Part shown: in pieces, positions 52,303 to 64,000 of the stretch
Numbering within the stretch: position 1 is the first letter of the stretch
Layout of the letters: every line of letters begins with the position of its first letter
NCBI RefSeq assembly: GCF_009914755.1
Contig: NC_060944.1
DNA: 64,000 nucleotides
Direction: 5' to 3' (one strand)
Source of the DNA: the human T2T-CHM13v2.0 reference genome, Homo sapiens
The notes under the pieces: generated by a model
The model's input: the letters and a program-made list of their open reading frames with translations, nothing else
Told to the model about the DNA's origin: nothing
Database searches by the model: none
Translations under genes and position numbers: made by a program

Positions 52303-52643
52303 TCATATATGTGGTCCATTGTTGACCAAAATGTCTTTAAGTGGTGCATGACTGTACTGATACATGCTACAACATGGATGAACCCCGAAAACGTAAGTAA
52401 AAGAAATCCATTACAAAAGACCACGTATTGTATGATTCCACTTATAGGAAATGTCCAGAAAAGGCCAATCTAAAGAGACAGAAAGCACAGTAGTGGTTGT
52501 CTCCCTACCTGGGGGAGGGGGTCAAGAGGAAATGAGGAGTGAGGGGTATGGGGGGTTTCTGGGGATGACGCAAATGTTCTAAAATTGATTGTGGCAATGG
52601 TTGCACATCTCTGAATATATGATACTGAAAGTCACTTAACTGT

Positions 52644-52944
<301 letters not shown>

Positions 52945-53260
52945 TGAATCATATTTTAAATGGGTGAATTGTGTGGCATGTGAATTATATCTCAAAAAAA
53001 TGCTATTATATTAAAAAAAGCAACCTATGGAACAATGTACAACATATTTTGTGTAAAACTAGAAACAAAACCCAGAAATAGATATGCATATGTGCATATA
53101 TATGTATAAAATATCTCTGAAAGGATACCCAAGAAATAACAGTGATTTCGCCCGGGGAGAGGAACAGGGTGACTGGCAGGCAGGGCCAGAAAGGGGACTT
53201 TTTCTTTTTAACAGTCTATGGGTACTTGATTAATTTTTTTTTTTTTAATAATGAAATTCT

Positions 53261-53810
<550 letters not shown>

Positions 53811-53949
53811 ATTACTCACTGGCCCTCAGCCAGAGGATGAGCTTGGTTGGTGGCTCTGAGAGCATAGGAGATCCCCTGAGGAATCCTACTTTACAGTGTG
53901 CCAAGCCTGCTCACAACCGTCCTCAGATTCCTCACACAGGCCCTGCCAG

Positions 53950-54580
53950 AAGGTTTCAGCACCGCCCCATTTCCACCAGCAAATCCTGTGGCGCGCCCTT
54001 CAAAACAGGCCTAGAATCGGCTCACTTCTCACCCCACCATGGGCACCATTCTGGTCCAGGCCACCAGCCTTTCTCCCTGGTTCACCTGGATCACTGCAGC
54101 AGCCTCCTCCCAGCTTCCACCCTCACCCCCAACCCCAGTCTGTAACCCACACAGATCTGTGCTCACCTCTCACCACTCACCCCCACACCCAGGGCTCCAG
54201 CCCACTCCACTGGCCTTCTCCTGGCGCTACTCACCAGGCACTTCCTGCCGCAGGGCCTTTGCACTTGTCCTTTTCTCTTCCTGGAATCCTCTCCCACCAG
54301 ATCCCCACATGGATGTTCTCTCACCTCCAGTGGGTCTCTGCTCCCATGTCTCCTTGGGAACAGGAGGCCTCCCCACACCTATCTCAAGCAGCAGCCCCCA
54401 GCCCTAGCCCCATTCTCTGCTTTATTTTTCTATATATTTAACATTTACATTTAGGGTTCATGGTCTGTCTCCCCACCCCCAAACATACAGGCTCCGTGGA
54501 AGATGGGATTCTGTTTCTTTCTCTAGCACCAAGAACAGATCAATGCACGTTGTAGGTGCTCAGAAATATTTGTCAAAATA
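53950..54580. mobile_element. L2 relic
   Basis: agggcctttgcacttg..., end motif gtaggtgctcagaaatatttgt. Confidence 0.6.
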
Positions 54581-54589
54581 AAACTGGGT

Positions 54590-55286
<697 letters not shown>

Positions 55287-56074
55287 TCATGGGCAGAGAG
55301 ACCCAGCAAACACCTCCCCAAGAGAAGGAGGCCCCTGTCACTGAAGATCCATTTCTTTTGCAATAAAGGACAATGTTGTGTGGGGGGAGGGTGGAGCTTT
55401 CCTTCCCAAATATCATAGGAGGCTCAGATGCTTCATTGAGGATCCACCCCTGGTCCTGTATCACTCAGAAGCAGGCACCCTCTCCTGGGAAACCCCCCAG
55501 GAAATCCTCCTTTTCTCCTTGCCTCCCAGGAGGCCCAGAGGGCCTTGATGAGTCACAATACTGTTTGTCAAGAGTCATTGGCTCTGGAGCTCAGGATTTC
55601 AAGCCAGGTCATCCAAATCAGGGTAGGGGACAAGGAAGGGGCTAGGGAGACCAAAGGTGGTCCAGGAAGGGAGGAGAAAGGGACAACTAATTCATCTTGA
55701 GCACCTACTAGGAGCTGGCATGGGGCAAGACATTTTAGAAGTATGTGACCACATTCCAGCTCCCAGCCCCAAAAGGCTAACTTTGATTACTCCTGTTTCC
55801 CCAATGAGGAAACCAAGGACTGGAAATGGATCCAGTAACAAAGCAATGGAGCAGCCAAACTGGGATTTGGCCTCCTTGGCCTCCTCTTGAACCCCACTCT
55901 GTGGCCTCCCTGTACCCTGACCATGCTGGCTTCCCCCAGCTACATCTGCACCATGTGCCCCCTCTCAGCACCTGGCCTCTGCCCAGGCTGCTCCCTCTGC
56001 CTGAAACACCCTTTCTTTCCTGGTGTTACGTTAACTTCTACTTGATCTTCAGGCCTCAGCTCGAGTGTTACTGT

Positions 56075-56745
56075 CTGTTACGGCCTGAATTGTGCCCCCT
56101 CCAATTCATATGTTGAAGTCCTGACCCCTGTTAATGTGACTGTATTTGTGGATAGGACCTTTTTAAAAATTTTTAAATTTCTTCTGAGAGCAAGTTTTGC
56201 TCTATTGCACAGGCTGGAGTGCAGTGCTCACTGCAGCCTCCATTTTCTGAGCTCAGGTGATTCTCCTGCATCAGTCTCCCAAGTAGCTGGGACTACAGGC
56301 ATGTAACACCATGCCTGGCTAATTTTTTTTTTTCATAGAGATGAGGTCTCACTATGTTGCCCAGGATGGTCTCAACCCCCTGGGTTCCAGCAATTCTCCT
56401 GCCTCAGAGTCCCAAAGTGCTAGGATGTCACAGGAGTGATAATGCACCTGGCCAAGACAGGACCTTTCAAGAGGTGACTAAGTTAAATGAGGTCCTTAGT
56501 GTGGGCCGCACTCTAATAGGAATGATGTCTTCCCAAGAAGAGAAGATTAGGATACAGACGTTCACAGAGAGACCATGAGAAGACACGGAGAGAAGTGACT
56601 GTCCACAAGCCAAGAAGAGAAGCCCCAGAAGAAATCAACCCTGCTGACACCTTGATTTTGAACTTCCAGCCGCCAGAGCTGTGAGAATGTCAGTGGTTTA
56701 AGCCACCAGTCTGTTACTCTGTCACGGCAGCCCCAGCAGACTCAT
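56075..56745 (+). mobile_element. MLT1 (MaLR) solo LTR interrupted by antisense Alu (56161-56453)
   Basis: tgttacggcctgaattgtgcccc..aattcatatgttgaagtcct; caagccaagaagag..accctgctgacaccttgattttgaacttccagcc; Alu TSD aggaccttt. Confidence 0.82.
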
Positions 56746-58514
56746 TAGGTGGCCTCCGAGAAGCCCTCCCTGACCCTCCAGACCCAAGCTGAGACCCTGT
56801 GAATGCTCTTTCCTTCACGGCGCCTCTCATGACCACAGTATTCTGCGTATTTCTGTGATCATTTGGTTAATGGCTGTGTCCTCCATAGATGGTGACAATC
56901 ACAAGGGCACAGACGGGGTCTGCCTTGGTCTCTGCACAGTGCCAGGTGCATAGTAGGCCCCCCCTAAATACATGCGGAGTGAGATGAGAAGGGAAGAGCC
57001 AGAGAGGCTCTGCGGCCTCGGGAGCTCTCCTGCCTCCCTCTGTGTCTCTATTCCCCGACCAAAACAGCACCACCAAGGCTTCTGGAACTTTTGAACTTCA
57101 ATCCTCTTCTTCAGCAAATATTTCCTTTGTGGGGGGGGGGGGTTTCCCTGGAGCCCCTCAGCTCTGTCAGGCTCAGTTTTGTCCAGCAACTTTAAATCAA
57201 ATCCTTGCTGAAAAATGTGAAACTCATTCCTGAAGTCAGCAAAAGACAAGGTGCCTCGTCCTCTGCTACTTGTCTCTGTCCCTCCTTGAACCCTGTTCTT
57301 CCTGATCCCCCATTCCAGCCCTGCCCAAATCCTGCCAGCTATTAAGGGCTACACTCCAAATTTCCCTTCTCCAAAAGCTCATCCCCGGGGGCCCAGAGAC
57401 TAGAAGCGGAGGCTCAGAAAGGGAGAGAGAGTGGCCCAAAGTCACACAGCCGAGCAGAGGCTGGTCCATCTGTGAATCTCAACTCTGGCCTGGTCCCATC
57501 TCCAGGCATATCAGCGAAGGCATCTGGTGACACAAGTGTCCTCAGCCCCAGGGGAAACTGCTCTACCTCCTCCATTCATTCCACTGGGCAGGTCGGGTCT
57601 GAGCCGAGGTGGGCCTGGCAGAGGTCCTGGGCCTCTGCCACTGAGAGCACGTGACCTGCCCAAGGCCACACAACCGGTTAACAGTGGAGCCAGAGCTGGA
57701 CGTGCCGGAGCCACAGTGCCTCGCCACACGGCCACCTTGCTCCTTCTGCACCAGCGACGTGACTATGCAGGAGGCAGCTTGTGTGATATTGATCGAGCTC
57801 CTGATGCAAAGCAGGGTGGGAAATCCTAGGAATCAGGTAGACCCGATTTTAAATCCAGCCGTGTGATTGTGATCTCAGCCAAGGAACTCCGTCTCCTTAG
57901 GACTTTTCTGCAGCTGTTACAGGGGGTTCTACCTGGTGGGGATATGTGTGGGTTGAAACAACGTTTGTGAAACCCGTAACACAGAGCCTATCCACTACAT
58001 AAAGCAGGGTCAAACTGCTGAGCTCATTGCATAAAGTGGGGTCCACCCTCACGCATCCCTGCCCTGGCCACGAAGCAGCCTCCCCGCTACCGTCCTGCCC
58101 TTGCAGTCCCATTGCCCCTGGAGTCCCATTGATTTGAGTCCCAGCACCAAGCCTCCTTATCACTTGCATTGTGATGGTGCTGCAAGTGCTCATTGTAGCT
58201 AATTAGAACTTTCTCAACATCTCCTTGGTCCCTATTTACTGCTTATACAGAAGAGACGCTCTGAAGGCAGAAGCCTCCTTGGCCTCCTGTGCAGCAAAGT
58301 CAGAGCAGCCCCAGCCAGCCTCTCCAAGTCTCCTCGGTTGGGCATGCCCAGTGCTCCAGCAGGCAGAGGATGGCGGAGGGCTCTACCCACTGCCAAGCTC
58401 TGCAACCTCATGCAAGCCGTTAATGGTGGGCAGGGGGCAAACTCAGACAATGACTAGTTCCTCCTAGCACTAAAAATGAATTTTGCACACCAGCTTTTGC
58501 CTACACATGCATCA

Positions 58515-58941
<427 letters not shown>

Positions 58942-61369
58942 TTAAACAAAGTTGAAATTAAAAATAATAAAATCTAGATTTCAAGTGAAGGGATTAAAAT
59001 CCCCAGCTTCCCGAGTTTGCACGACCTCTCCTAAGGGATTCCCAGTGCCACTGCCCTGTGTCATTGCTGCTGACAACTGACAACTGGCCACAGAGGAGCT
59101 TGGCTAAAAGTGGGAGCCCAGGAAGGGTCACTTCAACTTATGGGCCTCAGTTCCTCCTCACGATCAAGAGAGCTGCTGAAATCCGCATCGTAATCTAACC
59201 CTGATTTGCTGGTCTCTTCTTTTGATCAGATCTGGGGAGGGCATGAAACATTCCGTCATGGGAGCCCCAGGGTGTGTGTAGGGGGGCAAGCTCACAAAAG
59301 TCCAAGGGGCCCCAGCACCCTGAATGAGACTATTGAGGGCATCACCGCTGAAGCCCTCTTGTTTTACCAATGAAGAAACTGACTCACGGTTCTGGAAAGG
59401 GACTGTATGCTGAGATCACACAGCCGGCTGGGTACACGGCCGCCCCACCACCCCACACCACTCATCCCCTGACAGCCGTAACGGAGGATTCCAGCTGCAC
59501 CAGCAGGTGGAGGATCTGGCCTGGCTGTGGCCCTTTCCTCTGACTGGTGGGGCCAGAGGGTCAGCGGTGCTGGGCCTGGCCGGGCCTTGCAGGCTGTGGT
59601 ATGGAGTCTGGTCTTTGTCCTAAGAGCCCCTGGGGAGCCCCTGAAGGGTTTTAGGCTAGGAACTGATGATGTGTGATTTACGTTTCGGAAGATCGCTCTG
59701 GCTGCTGGATGGAGAGAGGGAGCCAGCAGGCCAAAGCAAGAGCCACTGCAGCCTGGACCGGAGCAGGGGCAGCGGAGGGGCCGCCGAGAACCAGTGCAAG
59801 GGAAGGTGAGCCGATTGCAGATGGAAAAAGTATATTCCTCCTTGGATAGTGTGTCCCGTATCTCCAGATGTGTAAACTGAGGCCAGATCACATGATGGGG
59901 CTGTTGTAGAAGAGAGCTGTAGTGTGGCCGCAATGCCCAAGATTCCAGATCACCTCCTCCAGGAAGCCTTCCCTGGCCCCCAGGCATCCCCCGCGGGACT
60001 ACCCTGGGTCATAATCATCGGGTTCTGGATTTCTGTCCTTCCCTATCATGAAGGCAGGGGCCACTGCTTTCCTCTCTGGACTCCCAGTGCTCAGCAAACA
60101 GCCTGGCACGTAGTAGGACCTCATACCTCACCTCCCTTCCCTTTCCTTTTCCTTCTATCCCCACACCCCTGCCTCAGGTCTTGCATCCAGGTATCCCCAA
60201 AGCCCAGCCTAGATGCTGGCACATAGTAGGTACTCAGCAGATATTTCTTGAATTGGATTCTCTTCAGGTCAGAGTCTAACACACAGTAGGAACTCGATAA
60301 ACATTCAGCCCTTTCTCCTCAAGGGCAGAGTCAATGACAAATTGCCCAGAGTTACTGGGAGCTCTCTTTGTTCCCGGCACTGCTCGGAGCACTTGAGGTA
60401 GGAATGTTATTACGTTCATTTTGCAGATCAGCAAATGGAGGCCTACACAGGGGAGGGAATTTGCTTGGGCCACACAGCTGTCAAATAGCGGAGCAGGGAT
60501 TGGAACCCAGGCCCCCAGGCGCCAGGACTGGAATGCATGGCCTAGTTCTGAGGGCCCAGTGGCTGCCACTGTTCCTGGCACTTAGTAGGTACTGAGGTTT
60601 GTCTGTAACGGGCCCCAGAAGGACACAGTCACCTCCGAGCTGGCTGCCGCCCTCCTCCCAGGCGTGGGCATCCCTCTCGCCTGAGTGGGCCAAGCTGTCC
60701 CAAGGGACCACGGCCAGCCCAGGCCTGCCCAGGCCCTGCCGCCCACGCGGCCTCCCTGAGCCGCCAGCAGGCCAGCAGTGTGGCCTGCCCTGGGAGACCA
60801 AGCCTCCCTCTGCCTCCAGGGTGGCCCAGACAAAGGCGGCGGTGTGCCCGGCCCCCTGGCACTCGGGCTGCCTTCTTGTCCTCCTCCTCCTCTTGCTCCA
60901 GGGCACTCGCAGAGGTTCTTTTCACAAAGGAGCTGGAGGATGGGGGGCAGGGCTGGGCAGCCCCAAGGCAGGGGAAGGGAGCACTGGTGAGGCCACGCCC
61001 TGCCAGGCCTGACTCCTCTCCCAGCCCCGTCACACAGGCACCCAGTGGGCACCAATCGTGGCCTGCTGAATAATGACCATTCTGAGTACTGAGTGTGGCC
61101 AGGGTGGGGCCCTGGCACACGTGGACACCACTAATCCTCCCGACAAGAGATGGGGTTTCACACTTAGGCTGAGGAGGGGAGCGTGTCAAGGGAGCTATTA
61201 TTTCCCCAGTGTAGTCAAGAGGAAACTGAGGCTCAGAGAGGCCGAGCCACCTGTCTAAGGTCATACGGTTCAAAGTGGGACAAACTCACCCCCGACCCAG
61301 GTCTACCTGATTGCCACAGATGGCATGCTACCCGCTGCCCCAACTGTCACCTAACAAACAATTAATAAT

Positions 61370-61620
61370 AAAAAGAGAAACAATGAACATTTAGCAAGCA
61401 TTTAATATGTGGCAGGCACTGTGCCTAAGGCATTACCTATATTAAGTGATTTAATCCTCCCAACAACCCTATGAGGTAAGAACTGTTATTATATCCATTT
61501 CATAGATGAAGAAACTGAGGCTGGCAAGGTGGGGCAATGCACCAAAGGACAAACAGCAAGGATTTGGTGGAGTGGGTTTCAACCCAGCCCTCCAGAACCT
61601 GTGCGCCAAACCACAGTTCT
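61370..61620. mobile_element. MIR
   Basis: atttaatcctc..caaccctatgaggtaag..ccatttcatagatgaagaaactgaggct. Confidence 0.8.
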
Positions 61621-62569
61621 ATCCTGGACGGCTGGATGGGGGACGGACAGACTGACGGATGGGACTGATGATTGACAGCTCTGTCCCACCTGCACCAGGC
61701 CTGAGGCTGGGCACCCAGTAGGAGCTTAGCCAGCATCGGCCACAAGAACACTGGGCATTCTCACGCAGTGCCTGCCGGAGGGGCCTCATGTCCCCAGCAG
61801 GGCCGGAGCTTGGGGGCGGTGGGCAGTGTGCCTGGGCTGCTGGGGGGGCCCAACTCCCTCCCGAGCAGAGCCACGGCGGCATGACGGATGTGCCCGCCAC
61901 CGCGGGGAGCCCAGGGTATAGCAGTTGCCTGGAAACAGGCTGCTCTCGCGGCCCACACTCAGACCTTTGTCACCATCTCAAGGACCTTTTTTTCCCTCTT
62001 CCTCCTTTCACGATGGAGCCAGACCCTGCACGCAGGTGAGAAACCGCAGCCAACCCCACCAGCAGCCCCCTGTCACCAGGGACCATGGGGGCCCTTGGGG
62101 CCTGGTTGCGGGTGGGGAGGTAGGTGGGTGCCGGGAGGATGAGGGGAACCTGCAGCGGGAAGTCAGCGCTCCACGGGCGGCCCAGCCGAGGCTTGGAAAA
62201 ATCCCGACGCTGGAATGCTTCTCTCACTGGCTTTATTTTCCCCAAGCTTCCCTGACAAAAAACGAGGCTGAGTCCTTTTTCTTAATGGCGCAATACAAGA
62301 AGCATCAGCTTCCAGAGCCGAGGGTGTGCCCAAAGGATCTGGGCAGGGCTGGGCCTCTGGGGGGCCCAGAGCAGGGGACAGGTGTGGTGCCCCCAGCACA
62401 GCAGGCACTAATTGGCTCTCATGCCGGTGGCCCTGAGAGGGGATTAACTGGGCCCTGGGGAACTGGCTGGGGATGGGGCCACGCCCCAGCCAGGGTTGGG
62501 CTTGGGGACAGGAGTGTGGAGGAGCAACAGTGAGGACTCTGGGGTCACCCCAGCATGGGCCCAAATCCC

Positions 62570-62957
<388 letters not shown>

Positions 62958-63736
62958 TCAGGACTATTTCATTCTCACCCTAAGCACTCAGGGAGGCAGG
63001 AAGTCCACAGTCCACTCACTGGCCATAGGCAGAACTGAGGCTCCAGGAGGAATGGCATTTGCCTAGTGACACTGGGGAGCATGAGATGTCAGATTGACTT
63101 CCACCCCCCACCCGCCCATCAGGCTTCCGGCTTCACTGTCTCAGCCACTATCTCAACCTCCCCGATTAGCAGTGCTGAACGCTGACCCTGAAAATCAGAC
63201 CTCAACGCCGCCTGCCCCAAACATTCCTGGGCTCCCCAGTGCCCAGATAAAATCCAGGCTGATTTGCTGGGCACTAGAGGCCTGTGTGCTATGGCTCCGC
63301 CCACCTCAGGTTTAAATGACACTTCCATGCCTCTGCACAGGCTGTCTCCTCTACCTGGGACACCCACCCTCTGCTTAGCCCCTTGGTGAGCCTCAGCCCT
63401 AGGGTATACTCTGCCAGAAAATCTCCCCAGCCCAGACTCCAGGCCAAGCCAGGGACTCCTCTGCTCCCTACCCTCTGGGTAGCCCTGGGAGATCTCCTCC
63501 CCGGAGTCACCAGCCAGCAGGGAGAATGCTCCCGGCCTGGTATCCTATCTCTGGAATCTCTGCCCTCCCTTGACCTCCACAGCTTCCCGGCTGGCACTCC
63601 TTTTCTCACTCAGCATCCACAGCCCTCGGCCCTCCCCATTCTGCTCCTGCAGGAGGGGCCTTTCCCTGATCACCCCAAGCCACAGGCTGACAGCCCTTCC
63701 ACCACGCTGTTGCTCCAGAAGCTACTGTGTTCCTAA

Positions 63737-64000
63737 GGAGGGCAGGGAGGGTGGAGGGGAGGGAGAGTAGAGGGGAGAGAGAGTGGAGAAGGAGGGTGGA
63801 GGGGAGGGAGGGTGGGGAGGGAGAGTGGAGGGGTGGAGAGTGGAGGGCAGAGAGTGGAGGGGAGGGACAGTGGAGGGGAAGGAGGGTAGAGGGAGGGAGA
63901 GTGGAAGGAGGGAGAGTGGAGGGGAAGGAGGGTGAAGGGGAAGGAGGGTGGAGGGAGGGTGGAGGCAGGGAGAGTGGAGGGCAGGGAGGCTGGAGGGAGG
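63737..64000 (+). repeat. GA-rich/G-rich low-complexity tandem tract (GGAGG/GGAGAGTGG units), runs off window edge
   Basis: Almost pure purine strand with many GG/GGG runs. Confidence 0.9.

Noticed and set aside
60481-61273. Several overlapping long ORFs (141-214 aa)
   Set aside because: GC-rich sequence poor in stop codons; no recognisable domain or convincing splice pattern

Overview
Human/primate genomic DNA (Alu-dense, GC-rich isochore). The whole window lies inside the NOL4L (C20orf112; 20q11.21 from general knowledge) gene on the minus strand. Three consecutive coding exons are visible with canonical AG/GT boundaries and a continuous frame: 28783-28628 (156 nt), 21792-21681 (112 nt) and 12317-12208 (110 nt), corresponding to exons 2-4 of the long isoform. 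The first coding exon lies beyond the right edge and the remaining exons beyond the left edge. An intragenic CpG island (~37.05-38.3 kb) with GC boxes, an RFX X-box and a consensus minus-strand splice donor probably drives an alternative, N-terminally shorter isoform. The rest is intronic: about 45 Alu pieces, old L1M fragments, a Tigger3a, MER5A, an MLT1 LTR, many MIR/L2 relics and microsatellites. Almost all ORFs in the supplied track are spurious (Alu- or GC-derived). The most notable observations are: (i) a non-Alu 121-bp inverted repeat (117/121 identical, 369-bp spacer) between exons 2 and 3; (ii) an integrase-type HHCC zinc-finger signature encoded across exons 2-3; (iii) a stop-free 378-nt exon 2-4 block that would be an endless ORF if circularised; (iv) candidate extra exons; (v) several near-perfect RFX X-boxes. 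No prokaryotic-type system (CRISPR, operon, etc.) is present. Repeat boundaries and subfamilies were assigned by eye and are approximate.
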